Positions 1 through 9,070 of a stretch of DNA of 55,959 nucleotides are shown here, one piece after another (within the stretch, counting starts at the first letter, position 1; every line of letters begins with the position of its first letter). The notes below the pieces were generated by a model. It was not told the origin of the DNA. It ran no database searches and saw nothing but the letters and a program-made list of their open reading frames with translations. This DNA is from an uncultured Erysipelotrichaceae bacterium. GTDB taxonomy: Bacteria; Bacillota_I; Bacilli_A; RFN20; CAG-826. The position numbers and the translations under genes are program-made. Where the stretch lies: contig CADCPN010000060.1 of NCBI GenBank assembly GCA_902803375.1, positions 1 to 55,959 of the forward strand. The letters are read 5' to 3'.

Positions 1-99
1 GATGCTGCGTTATCTGGACTGGAAAAAAGGCAAAAATCGCGATGGCGAGTGAGTTCGCCATCCCTTACGTGCACCTAGGAGTTTTTTACTTTAGTAAAT

Positions 100-1236
100 T
101 TATTTCGCTTTCACGGTTTCGGCGACAACTTTCTGCTCGGCAGCGATTTCTGCGTTGACTTCCATAAGCTCCTGATTGGAGATAGGCTCAGTCATCGCAC
201 TCATATCCTCGAGACGGAGGACTTCGGCAAGGTGAAATTCCTTCATCATGATGTTGACGATGTTGCGGCCGAACATATAGGTGAGAAGACCGTTTCCGAC
301 CAATTGGCCCCCAGCATCGACGACGGTGCCGATGATGGAGCCGACGGGAACGTTTTTGAAGAGACTGCCAACGAATTTGCCAACGCCGCTAGAGACCTGA
401 TTAAGTCCGATGGCGACGCAGGCGTTCTTTACGGCGCGCAGCATGATGGAATTTAGCTGCTTATCGCTTGGACGGAAGCCGTACAGCCAGATGAGGTTGC
501 GGAGAAGCTGAATGATTTTGACGACGACGATGCCGGCATCGGCATAGCCTTTTTCGCTTAATGCCGTCATCGTGCCGGTTTCAGCGGCGTTGCGGATCAT
601 CATGGCTTTGCCTTTCTTCTCGATGAACCCACCGGCGGAGAAGGCGATCTTTAGGTCTTTGGCTAAGGCTTTTGCATCTTTGGAATGCTTATTCGGCGCG
701 CCATGAGGGTAACGCTTGGCCAAGACGAGGATCTCGCTATAGGCGTCAAGGTTCTCTTTATCTTTTTTGAAGAGGCGGCTTGCATCGGCTTTCTTATCGA
801 CGTAATTCACGATAGCGGCCTGATCGGCGAGGTTTCTTGCAATCTCGAAACGCAGCTTGTTGTTCTTGGACTCGCTTTGATGGGTGAGGAGGCCTCCTTC
901 AAGCTCAAACGCGTGATGGGAATAGATCTGGGCCAACATCACGATGAAGCAAATACTGTAGATGAGAAGCAATACGCCACCGACGATATAGCCGGCATAT
1001 TCATTGATGTTATAGATATAGATGGTGGGGGAAGCGAAGATTGCGAGGCCAAGCAGATAAAGAAGGATGGAGAGCGAGACGAGGATGGCTTTGTTCCGCT
1101 TGGCGTTCCTTTCCGCTCTTTTTTGCTCCTGATATTCGGCGAAGCTGATGTCTTCGGTGCTTTTTTCTAGGCTATCGGCAGCCTTCTTATCGAAATCCAC
1201 GACAACGGGGACTGAATTCTTCTTTTTTCCGAACAT
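100..1236 (-). CDS. DUF697/YcjF-like membrane protein
   Basis: Two N-terminal TM segments; C-terminal 'TALSEKGYADAGIVVVKIIQLLRNLIWLYGFRPS...QLVGNGLLTYMFGR' resembles DUF697. Start moved to ATG 1236, which follows an AAGGAG RBS. Confidence 0.6.
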   Translation of the reverse strand: MFGKKKNSVPVVVDFDKKAADSLEKSTEDISFAEYQEQKRAERNAKRNKAILVSLSILLYLLGLAIFASPTIYIYNINEYAGYIVGGVLLLIYSICFIVMLAQIYSHHAFELEGGLLTHQSESKNNKLRFEIARNLADQAAIVNYVDKKADASRLFKKDKENLDAYSEILVLAKRYPHGAPNKHSKDAKALAKDLKIAFSAGGFIEKKGKAMMIRNAAETGTMTALSEKGYADAGIVVVKIIQLLRNLIWLYGFRPSDKQLNSIMLRAVKNACVAIGLNQVSSGVGKFVGSLFKNVPVGSIIGTVVDAGGQLVGNGLLTYMFGRNIVNIMMKEFHLAEVLRLEDMSAMTEPISNQELMEVNAEIAAEQKVVAETVKAK

Positions 1237-1273
1237 GGTTTTTCTCCTTGCAGGGTAAGACAAGTATAAAGCA

Positions 1274-1297
1274 AAAAGGAAGGCATTGCCCTTCCTT
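1274..1297 (-). terminator. putative intrinsic terminator after xth
   Basis: Imperfect AAGGAAGG/CCTTCCTT hairpin followed by a T-run on the minus strand. Confidence 0.4.
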
Positions 1298-1305
1298 GTG
1301 TTTCC

Positions 1306-2070
1306 TTAATCCTTGAGGGTGAGGGAGATCGGGCAATGATCGGAGCCGAATATCTCGTTATGGATCTCGCTATCGAGGACCTTGTCCATGAATCTTTGGC
1401 TGACCACGTAATAGTCGATGCGCCAGCCTGCATTGTTTTCTCTAGCGTGGAAGCGGTAGCTCCACCAGGAGTATTTGACCTCGTCTTTATGAAGGAAGCG
1501 GAATGTATCGACATAGCCATGGCTAAGAAGATTGCTGAACCAAGACCTCTCTTCGTCGGTGAAGCCGGCGTTGTTGCGGTTGGCATTCGGGTTCTTGATA
1601 TCGATCTCTTCGTGGGCGACGTTCAAATCGCCGGTATAGATGATGGGTTTCTTCTGGTCAAGCTCATCTAGGTATTCAAGGAGGTCCTTTTCGTATTCTC
1701 CGCGGAAATCTAAGCGCTTGAGGCCATCTCCGGAATTGGGGACATAGGCCCCGACGAGATAGAAGGAGTCAAACTCAAGGGTGATGACTCTGCCCTCGTC
1801 ATCGTATTTGCCATCTTTTAGGCCATAATGGACGGATAATGGCTTAACTTTGCTTAAGAAAGCGACGCCGGAATATCCCTTCCTCACCTTGGAGATGGTC
1901 GCATAGGCTTCATAGCCTTCTTTGCGGTAAGGGAAGCCGCCAAGGCCGATCTCGGATAGCTTGGTCTCCTGCAAAAACAAAATATCGGGGTTAAGGGCGT
2001 CGATGCTCGCATCAAAGTCCTTCTTCATGACGGCGCGTAAGCCGTTGACGTTCCAGCTGACTAACTTCAT
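1306..2070 (-). CDS. xth: exodeoxyribonuclease III (AP endonuclease)
   Basis: MKLVSWNVNGLRA, LQETK, GYSGV, YVPNS, GDLNVAH, WRIDY and SDHCP motifs. Start set at ATG 2070, overlapping the upstream stop. Confidence 0.96.
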   Translation of the reverse strand: MKLVSWNVNGLRAVMKKDFDASIDALNPDILFLQETKLSEIGLGGFPYRKEGYEAYATISKVRKGYSGVAFLSKVKPLSVHYGLKDGKYDDEGRVITLEFDSFYLVGAYVPNSGDGLKRLDFRGEYEKDLLEYLDELDQKKPIIYTGDLNVAHEEIDIKNPNANRNNAGFTDEERSWFSNLLSHGYVDTFRFLHKDEVKYSWWSYRFHARENNAGWRIDYYVVSQRFMDKVLDSEIHNEIFGSDHCPISLTLKD

Positions 2071-2675
2071 TGTTTCTTTTCCTTTGCTCCGCAATCATAC
2101 GCCTTAGAGAGAAGGAATTCCTTTCTTTCGCCCTCTCCTAACGCAACGATAAGCGATTCCTTCTTATCGTTAAGGATAAAGAAGAAGATGGCATCCTCCT
2201 TAACGATCCTCGCCTTATAGCAGGCGAGATAGGGATAAGCCTTCTTTTGCTTGCCTTGTTTTTCTCTAACTAGCCTATCCTCATAGACGAAGGTAGAGGC
2301 TTTTTCCTTTTTGGCTCTGCCTTTCTTTAGCAAAGGCGCCAAGAAGAATAAGGATAAAGAGGCCAAAAGCAAGATTAGCCCAATGCCCATAAGTGCATAG
2401 CTTCCCGCGTCGAAGCCTAGAAAGAAGCTAGCGATGAAAAGAGTGAGGCCACAGATGCCAAGAAGAAGGAACAGCAATAAGAACAAAACATGCACTTTTC
2501 CTATATAAGCAAGTAGATAAGAAAGGTAATTATCACTGTCTTCTCTGCCTTCTCCGATATTCTTTTCAAAAGTTGGAATGCCTTCGACCAATTGATAGCC
2601 GCAATATAGGCAATATTCGTCACCTGCATCGACGACTTTGCCGCAGTGCGGGCAGGTTGGATTTCCTAAGCTCAT
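2067..2675 (-). CDS. zinc-ribbon membrane protein
   Basis: CPHCG-x8-CLYCG ribbon, two TM helices and a small beta-rich C-terminal domain (YcxB-like, tentative). Confidence 0.7.
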   Translation of the reverse strand: MSLGNPTCPHCGKVVDAGDEYCLYCGYQLVEGIPTFEKNIGEGREDSDNYLSYLLAYIGKVHVLFLLLFLLLGICGLTLFIASFFLGFDAGSYALMGIGLILLLASLSLFFLAPLLKKGRAKKEKASTFVYEDRLVREKQGKQKKAYPYLACYKARIVKEDAIFFFILNDKKESLIVALGEGERKEFLLSKAYDCGAKEKKQ

Positions 2676-3613
2676 GTCGCTATCCTCCTTCTTTCAATGA
2701 TTACCTTCGCGGCAAGGAAGGACTCGGTCCCGACGTCCATTCCTTTCTTACTAAGGTAGACAAAATATCTTCTGCCCCCTAATCGCATCAGGAAATAGAA
2801 GGCTTCCTTGCCCTCATATGCATAGAGGCAGTCTTGATAAGGCAAGGAAGCCTCCAAAGTCATAAAGTGGTGATTTTGTATATACACTTTATGGATGTTC
2901 AAACAAGTTTGCCTAACTTCGACCGAACTTTCTTTCACCCTATTTTTCTCCGATTCTATGTGAAATATCGGATATAGGAGGTTACTGAGGAAAAGCAAGA
3001 TTACCGTAAAGAGAAGCATGAACAAATCTCCATCGGTGGGAAGCTCGGCATAGAAGTCTAAAATGGTTAAAAGGAGTAAGAATGCGGCTAAGGCGGCTAG
3101 GAATAGGGAATAAGGCCATAAGGCAATAAGCCCCACCCGGAAAAGCTCGCCATAGGGAAGAGGGTCTCTTTTAGAGTTGATGATCTCATCGACGATCTCT
3201 TCCTTCCTGCCGTGATGAAGGTCGTTAATCGCTTTCTTGCCGCAGCTTGGGCAGAACCTGGCCTGAAGAGGAAGCGGCCTATTGCAGCGCAGGCACCTTC
3301 CCTTTGACCTGGGGTAATAACCTAGCAAAGGCAACTTGCCATAAAGGAGCGCCTTCCTAAGGAATAGGTAGACGAAGAAGAACAATAGCAATATCCATCC
3401 GCTGGTGGCGAAGCCTATATAAAGGTTTGTAGAAATAGAAGCGGCCCCCTCGCTTTTTAGCTCGCTATAAGCCTGAAAGGCTATCCAGCAACAAAAGGAG
3501 AGGACAAGTAAAAGCAGGGACGCCAAAAGGATGATCCCTCCAAGGATATCGGACTTGAAGTAGAAGCTATTTCTGATCAGTTTCCTTTTCCTTGCTCTTT
3601 CTTCTTTGCTCAT
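2672..3613 (-). CDS. zinc-ribbon membrane protein (4 TM)
   Basis: 2 TM, CLRC...CPSCG ribbon, 2 TM, then a C-terminal domain similar to the neighbour (PY..C..A...KE...F..). Coupled overlaps with flanking genes. Confidence 0.7.
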   Translation of the reverse strand: MSKEERARKRKLIRNSFYFKSDILGGIILLASLLLLVLSFCCWIAFQAYSELKSEGAASISTNLYIGFATSGWILLLFFFVYLFLRKALLYGKLPLLGYYPRSKGRCLRCNRPLPLQARFCPSCGKKAINDLHHGRKEEIVDEIINSKRDPLPYGELFRVGLIALWPYSLFLAALAAFLLLLTILDFYAELPTDGDLFMLLFTVILLFLSNLLYPIFHIESEKNRVKESSVEVRQTCLNIHKVYIQNHHFMTLEASLPYQDCLYAYEGKEAFYFLMRLGGRRYFVYLSKKGMDVGTESFLAAKVIIERRRIAT

Positions 3614-4151
3614 CGCTATATATGAAGTTTAACGCGGATTTAAGAGGAAGGCTAATGACTCCGACGATGAGGGCGGTCAGCAAGCTACTGCCGAAGCGGA
3701 TGGCGGCGCGAAAGAAGTCGCCGGCGAAGGAGTAGTTGTTGATCAAGGCGTCTAGATACATCAATAAGGTCGTGAAGGCGCTGACGAGGATGGAAGCGGA
3801 AAATAAGGTCACGAAATAGATGACGTAATGCTTCTCTAGATGCTCCCCTTTTCTTCTATATAGATAAGCGACCAAGCCAACGAGGAGACCTCGGATGGCC
3901 GGGGGCAGCATCCATAAAGGAGTCGTGGGCATCAACCCATACCCAGAGAAGCTAATCTGGGCGACGAATTCGCCTAGCAATGCGACGATGACCGCGTCTA
4001 ATGGTCCATACATCAAAGATGCAAGGATGACGGGCAAACTTGCGAAGGTGATCTTGGCGAAGCCTAGATCCAATTTGAAGATGCCGATGGCGATATATAC
4101 CGCCACAAGCATCCCGTTCACGCAGATGCGTTTGACTTTGTTATCCCCCAT
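3567..4151 (-). CDS. folT: ECF transporter S component, folate family
   Basis: About 190 aa hydrophobic protein with 'KITFASLPVILASLMYGP'; directly downstream of a THF riboswitch. Confidence 0.85.
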   Translation of the reverse strand: MGDNKVKRICVNGMLVAVYIAIGIFKLDLGFAKITFASLPVILASLMYGPLDAVIVALLGEFVAQISFSGYGLMPTTPLWMLPPAIRGLLVGLVAYLYRRKGEHLEKHYVIYFVTLFSASILVSAFTTLLMYLDALINNYSFAGDFFRAAIRFGSSLLTALIVGVISLPLKSALNFIYSDEQRRKSKEKETDQK

Positions 4152-4225
4152 GGGTAATAAAAACCTCCTATCTGGGGGAGGCTGCTATAAAAAGAGAACG
4201 CTGAACTTACGTACGGATATTTCTT

Positions 4226-4329
4226 AGCGGCTGCGAGTAGATACCGCGTAACCAAAGGCTAAGCCATTGATCGCTTCGTCCATCGACGACCTCCCATTCG
4301 ATGGCACTTGACGCATCTACCCTACTCCA
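4226..4329 (-). ncRNA. THF (tetrahydrofolate) riboswitch
   Basis: Minus strand GAGTAG..GCGTCAAGTG-CCATCG-AATGGGAGGTCGT-CGATGG-ACGAAG...CGCGG...GCAGCCGCT matches the THF aptamer consensus. A downstream hairpin (AGCCTCC/GGAGGTT) contains the folT SD sequence. Confidence 0.9.
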
Positions 4330-4724
4330 AGAAAAAGTAGGTTCCTCTCTTTCGCCAAGGGATTCTTGGCTCCACCTACTATACTCTAGAAATTCTTTTT
4401 GGGAACGGATAACGTTCCTGGTTTCCTTTGACGAACGAAAATAAACAAATTGTTCGTTTCCCTTAATCAAAATACGCATTAGATGCTCGCTAATGTTCAT
4501 TGACTGGAAAACATTGCTCTATTTACACATCTAGGCCCTTTTATATGGGTTTCTCAAAAACGTAACAACAGCGGAAGAAGTACAAGTAAGCAATAAATGA
4601 GTTTCCTATGATTTTACCGATTTAAATAAAAGAAAAGGGTAGATGCGGTCGCATAATCCGATATATCGGTAAATCGTTATTGAAAGCCTTTACCGATTCT
4701 GGCGATTAAGTAATAATTTACAGC

Positions 4725-5000
4725 ATGAGAACTTTAACTATTGTTAGACGCCCCGGTTCCATCGGCAAACCGAGAGACGTCACAATCATCTCCGATGAAA
4801 AGAAACTCGGGGAACTCAAGGCCGAGCAAGAGAGCGTTTCCATCCCCTTCGATGGCAAAGAGCATGCCTTCCAGGCGCAGATCGTTGGCAGGGATGGCAG
4901 AATCTATCGCTCCAACAGCTATTTCGAGAATTCCGGTGTCAAGGAGCTTAAGCTTTTCTTGACCGTCTCCGGCTCTAGGCTCGTCTTGGAGCTAAAGTAA
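4725..5000 (+). CDS. small hypothetical beta-rich protein
   Basis: 91-aa ORF with host-like codon usage, ending 13 nt before the oxidoreductase start. Confidence 0.6.
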   Translation: MRTLTIVRRPGSIGKPRDVTIISDEKKLGELKAEQESVSIPFDGKEHAFQAQIVGRDGRIYRSNSYFENSGVKELKLFLTVSGSRLVLELK

Positions 5001-5013
5001 GCAGGTACTAATC

Positions 5014-7815
5014 ATGGCAAACGAAAAGAAAGACATCGTTGGCAGCCCGAACGCGGCCAACATCACCAACATCACCGAGCTTGACCGCCCGATCCTCTTT
5101 GAGGGCAAGCCCATCGTCGAAAAGGATGGCGTCACCCCGACCAGAAAGAAGATCGTCAAGGTCGCCAAGATGATCGGCGGGCCCAGCGGCATGATGAACA
5201 AGATCGATGGCAACGCCCCGGAATACTATTCCCTCGCCGGCTCCGTCACCGATGAGGAAGCCGACTTCCTCCTAAAGCTGGGGCTTCGCCATCTCCGCAC
5301 CAACTATGAGATGGCCAAGAGGATGAACTGGGATATCGAACGCGTCAACCGCGTCTCCGATAGACTCGGCGAAATCGGCGTCATCCGCGTCGACTATGGC
5401 GAGGGCGAGAAAGAAGGGGAACATACCTTCTATCTCCCGATTTTCGCCCCAGGATTACTCGAGATCATGGTCGTTTCCAAAAACGCCAAGGAGCATCCGG
5501 AAATCCGCCGCGCCTTCAACCAGTATACCCATGACCGCATGGGCAGCATGGGCCCGATGATCCCAGATGGCTATGGCCTCATGAGAGTCATCCCGATAGA
5601 GCGCTCCCTCCCCAAAGGAGAAGAAGTCGATCCTCGCGATACCCTTTCCTACTATATCGATAAGTATGACACCTACTCCGTCGGTGCCTGCTCCTGCCGT
5701 ACCTGCCGCACCCAGATGGGCGAAGGCTGCGGCCACCTTGCCGAAGATCGCTGCATCAAGCTAGGCAAGGCTGCCAAATACTTCATCCGCACCGGCAAGG
5801 ATAGGCAGATCTCCAAGGAAGAGCTCTATCAGATCATGGAGAAGTGCGAAGACCAGGGTCTCATGCACTGCATCCCGAACATCGAAGGCCTAGATAAGGG
5901 CAACACCACCGCTATCTGCGACTGCTGCGGCTGCGCCTGCTTCGGCCTCCGCCCCGTTGAAGAATTCAAGATCAACGACGCCGTCGCTTCCAACTATCGC
6001 GCCGAAGTTCGCTCTGAGAACTGCGTCGCCTGCGGCAAGTGCGTCGAGAACTGCCCTGTCAACGCCATCCGTCTGGGCGTCAAACTCCCGATGAAGAAAC
6101 AGATCAAGTTCGCCACCCAGAAAGACCTCTCTAACCACACCAACAAAGCGGCCGTCACCAACGCCGACTACCGTTTCACCCGCCAGGACGTCATCCCGGA
6201 AATGGGCACCGCTCCCTGCAAAACCGCCTGCCCGGCCCACATTGGCATTCAAGGCTACATCAAGATGGCGGGAGAAGGCCGCTATAAAGAAGCCCTCGCC
6301 CTCATCAAGCACGAGAACCCCTTCCCGGCCGTCTGCGGACGCATCTGCAACCACGCCTGCGAATCCGCTTGCACCCGTGGCACCGTTGACCAGGCCATCG
6401 CCATCGATGACATCAAGAAGTTCATCGCCGAGCAGGAGCTCAACCCGGAGACCGCTTTTGTCCCCTGGGTCCGATATAACTATTCCGACAAGAAGATCGC
6501 CATCATCGGCGCAGGCCCCTCGGGATTAAGCTGCGCCTATTACCTTGCGCAGGATGGCTATGACATCACCGTCTTCGAGAAGGAAGAGAAGCTTGGCGGC
6601 ATGATGGCCCTAGGCATCCCGGCCTTCCGTCTAGAGAAGAACGTCGTCGAAGCCGAAATTGATGTTCTCAGAAGGCTCGGCGTCAAGTTCCAGACTGGCG
6701 TCGAAGTCGGCAAAGACGTCACGATCCCGCAGCTTCGGGAGCAGGGTTACAAAGGCTTCTACATCGCCATCGGTGCTCAGCTTTCCCGCAAGCTTGGCGT
6801 TCCGGGCGAAGACCACAGCGAAGTCGTCGGAGGCATTGACTTCCTCCGCGACGTCAACCTTGGCAAAGGCAAGAAGCTCTCCGGCAACGTCGTCGTCGTT
6901 GGCGGCGGCAACGTCGCTATGGACGTCGCCCGCACCGCGCTAAGGCAGGGCGCCGAGAAAGTCGACCTCTATTGCCTTGAGCAGCGCAACGAGATGCCGG
7001 GCTCTGCCGATGAGATCGCAGAAGCCGAAGAAGAAGGCATCATCATCCATAATGGCTGGGGCCCGAAGGAAATCCTCAAGAACGAAGATGGCTCCCTCAA
7101 AGGCATAGAGTTCAAGAAATGCACCGCCGTCAAAGTCGATGACCGCTTCAACCCGCAGTATGACGAAGCCACTCTTGTTCTTGCGGAAGCTACGAGCATC
7201 CTCCTTGCCATCGGTCAGGCTTTCGATTATGGCAAACTCCTTGAAGGCACCGATGTCACCCTCTCTAAGCGTGGCTTAGTCGAGGCTGACCCGGTCACCC
7301 TCCAGACCGCCGATCCGGATATCTTCGTCGGCGGCGATTGCTTCCATGGCCCGAGATTCTGCATCGATGCCATCGCTAACGGCAAACAGGCCGCCATCTC
7401 CCTCCACCGCTATGTCCAGCCGGGCCAGTCCCTTACCGCCGGACGCGATAGAAGAGACTACGTCGAACTTGATAAGGGTAACCTCGTCCTCGATGGCTTT
7501 GATACCGCTAAGCGTCAAATCCCGGCCGTCGGACCGGTCGATACCAAGTCCTATAAGGATAACCGTGGCATCTTCACCGAAGAGCAGATCCGCAAGGAAG
7601 CCGCTCGCTGCCTCTCCTGCGGCAAAGCCTATGTCGACCCCAACATCTGCGTCGGCTGCGGCCAGTGCGTCCTCCAGTGCAAATTCGATGCTGCCCACCT
7701 CGTCAAGAAGACCAAGATCTACGCCAAAGACTTCGACTCCCTTCTCCCGAAGGCCGTCGGCCATACCCTTGGCCGCGGCGTCAAGATCGCCGTCGGCGCG
7801 CTTAAGAGAGACTGA
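5014..7815 (+). CDS. multi-[4Fe-4S] FAD/NAD(P)-dependent oxidoreductase (GltD/NfnB-like core with N-terminal Fe-S domain)
   Basis: CVACGKCVENCP, APCKTACPAH, CGRICNHACESAC, GAGPSG, GGGNVA, EAARCLSC and CVGCGQCVLQC motifs. Confidence 0.85.
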   Translation: MANEKKDIVGSPNAANITNITELDRPILFEGKPIVEKDGVTPTRKKIVKVAKMIGGPSGMMNKIDGNAPEYYSLAGSVTDEEADFLLKLGLRHLRTNYEMAKRMNWDIERVNRVSDRLGEIGVIRVDYGEGEKEGEHTFYLPIFAPGLLEIMVVSKNAKEHPEIRRAFNQYTHDRMGSMGPMIPDGYGLMRVIPIERSLPKGEEVDPRDTLSYYIDKYDTYSVGACSCRTCRTQMGEGCGHLAEDRCIKLGKAAKYFIRTGKDRQISKEELYQIMEKCEDQGLMHCIPNIEGLDKGNTTAICDCCGCACFGLRPVEEFKINDAVASNYRAEVRSENCVACGKCVENCPVNAIRLGVKLPMKKQIKFATQKDLSNHTNKAAVTNADYRFTRQDVIPEMGTAPCKTACPAHIGIQGYIKMAGEGRYKEALALIKHENPFPAVCGRICNHACESACTRGTVDQAIAIDDIKKFIAEQELNPETAFVPWVRYNYSDKKIAIIGAGPSGLSCAYYLAQDGYDITVFEKEEKLGGMMALGIPAFRLEKNVVEAEIDVLRRLGVKFQTGVEVGKDVTIPQLREQGYKGFYIAIGAQLSRKLGVPGEDHSEVVGGIDFLRDVNLGKGKKLSGNVVVVGGGNVAMDVARTALRQGAEKVDLYCLEQRNEMPGSADEIAEAEEEGIIIHNGWGPKEILKNEDGSLKGIEFKKCTAVKVDDRFNPQYDEATLVLAEATSILLAIGQAFDYGKLLEGTDVTLSKRGLVEADPVTLQTADPDIFVGGDCFHGPRFCIDAIANGKQAAISLHRYVQPGQSLTAGRDRRDYVELDKGNLVLDGFDTAKRQIPAVGPVDTKSYKDNRGIFTEEQIRKEAARCLSCGKAYVDPNICVGCGQCVLQCKFDAAHLVKKTKIYAKDFDSLLPKAVGHTLGRGVKIAVGALKRD

Positions 7816-7820
7816 TCTTC

Positions 7821-8162
7821 ATGCACGAACTAGGACTTTGCTCCGAGCTGTATGACACCCTTCTGGATTTGATGGAGAAGGAGCACCTCTCCACCATCTC
7901 CTCCGTTACCCTAACCGTCGGCGAAGCCACCGCTGTCGTTCCTAACTACATGAACGATTGCTGGCCCGCCGTTGTCGAAGGCAGCAAGCTAGAAGGCTGC
8001 AAGCTCAACGTCATCTTCAAGAAGGCGATGGGCCGCTGCCATGAATGCGAGAAGGAGTACGTGATCTCCGACTTCCACGGGCATTGCCCATATTGCGGCT
8101 GCGAAGATTACGACATGCTTAACGGCTACGAATTCGAAGTGACCGAGGTTATCGGCCATTAA
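7821..8162 (+). CDS. hypA: nickel metallochaperone HypA
   Basis: N-terminal MHE Ni-binding motif plus CHEC and CPYC zinc site; 113 aa. Confidence 0.92.
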   Translation: MHELGLCSELYDTLLDLMEKEHLSTISSVTLTVGEATAVVPNYMNDCWPAVVEGSKLEGCKLNVIFKKAMGRCHECEKEYVISDFHGHCPYCGCEDYDMLNGYEFEVTEVIGH

Positions 8163-8186
8163 GAAACCAATCCAAAAAAAGAACCT

Positions 8187-8217
8187 AGGGAGACGAGCGA
8201 TCGCCTCCCTTTTCTTA
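8187..8217 (+). terminator. intrinsic terminator after hypA
   Basis: GGGAGACGA-GCGA-TCGCCTCCC hairpin followed by TTTTCTT. Confidence 0.6.
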
Positions 8218-8684
8218 TGCAACGTTTGTAAAGGATATCCCCTTTAAATAACGACATGGCGTAGCGGTTTCCTAAGGAAATAGGCTAGCATGCCTAAAGC
8301 AAATTGCCATAGAAACCGCACGCGTCTAGCCTAGCTCCCCTAAAAGGACGTTTTTAGCGGTTTGTTTTCGCCTCGCCCGCCTTCTTTGAAAACGGCCTTT
8401 ATGTCGTTAAAGGCGATGCGACCTATGTCCCCTATTTTTCCAAAGATAGCGGCAAACTTCTAGCAAAAGGCGGCGATTTGGCCAGCAGAAGCGGCAATTC
8501 CATCGGCTCTATCGCCATCGCTATATCGATAGTATGCCATGCTTCCTTGATAGATATAGACCTTGGTCTCGCCCCCTTATGCCAGGGTTGACTTCGCGAC
8601 CCTTTTTTAAAGTGATTAGCCCTATGCCTTGCTTGGGCGCAGGGGCTTTCTAGGAGTAAATTTTTCGGGTGATTCCGAATTATT

Positions 8685-8713
8685 TTGACACGCCTAGAAG
8701 CCTGCGCTACATT
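8685..8713 (+). promoter_or_regulatory. sigma-A promoter of the polyamine operon
   Basis: TTGACA-17 bp-TACATT. Confidence 0.7.
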
Positions 8714-8719
8714 AATGCA

Positions 8720-9036
8720 GTCTTAGAGATATCTAAGGCTTGGATCACTCTATTCAGAGTCAGACAGTGGCGATAGATCCGTTGCCGCCGGAGCCCTAAA
8801 AAGCTCCATATTGATTCCTCTTAAGCGGGGAAATTTTGTAAGTTGGCTTACTTTACAGCCATTAAATGTCCGCGTCCGCGTACAACTTGTAAAACGATCA
8901 ATAAGAGTAGTAAAAGTAACCCTTTGCTATATAGACTCTGATCCCTTCGTTCCCAACCTTCTTTTTCGGTGGAACGAGAACCGAATTGAATCGTTGAGCA
9001 TGGCTGCCGGTCGCGGCGCCGTGCTCTTTTGTTTTA
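8720..9036 (+). ncRNA. unassigned structured 5' leader or sRNA ending in an intrinsic terminator
   Basis: Several stems (CTTAGA/TCTAAG, GGATC/GATCC, GGAGC/GCTCC, TTGTAAGTTG/CAACTTGTAA, TCAGAGTC/GACTCTGA) and terminator GAGCATGGC...GCCGTGCTC-TTTTGTTTT at 8996-9036. Confidence 0.5.
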
Positions 9037-9070
9037 TTGCGAGTGTTCGCAGGAAAGGAATTTAAGAAAC

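Noticed and set aside
4207-4500. 97-aa minus-strand ORF
   Set aside because: Overlaps the THF riboswitch and promoter region; no recognisable features.
8220-8680. Possible gene remnant or mobile element in the hypA-CASDH gap
   Set aside because: No sustained ORF, terminal inverted repeats or recognisable homology.
8945-8985. T-box (GGTGGAAC) in the polyamine leader
   Set aside because: Lacks the GGTGGNACC-RCG continuation and a downstream antiterminator partner; the segment pairs with the upstream TTCGTTCC instead.
8720-9036. Lysine riboswitch (suggested by asd/lysC downstream)
   Set aside because: No AGAGGNGC start or other L-box consensus blocks found.
8811-9065. 84-aa ORF in the polyamine leader
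   Set aside because: TTG start without SD, runs through the terminator, atypical codon usage. A leader-peptide role cannot be fully excluded.
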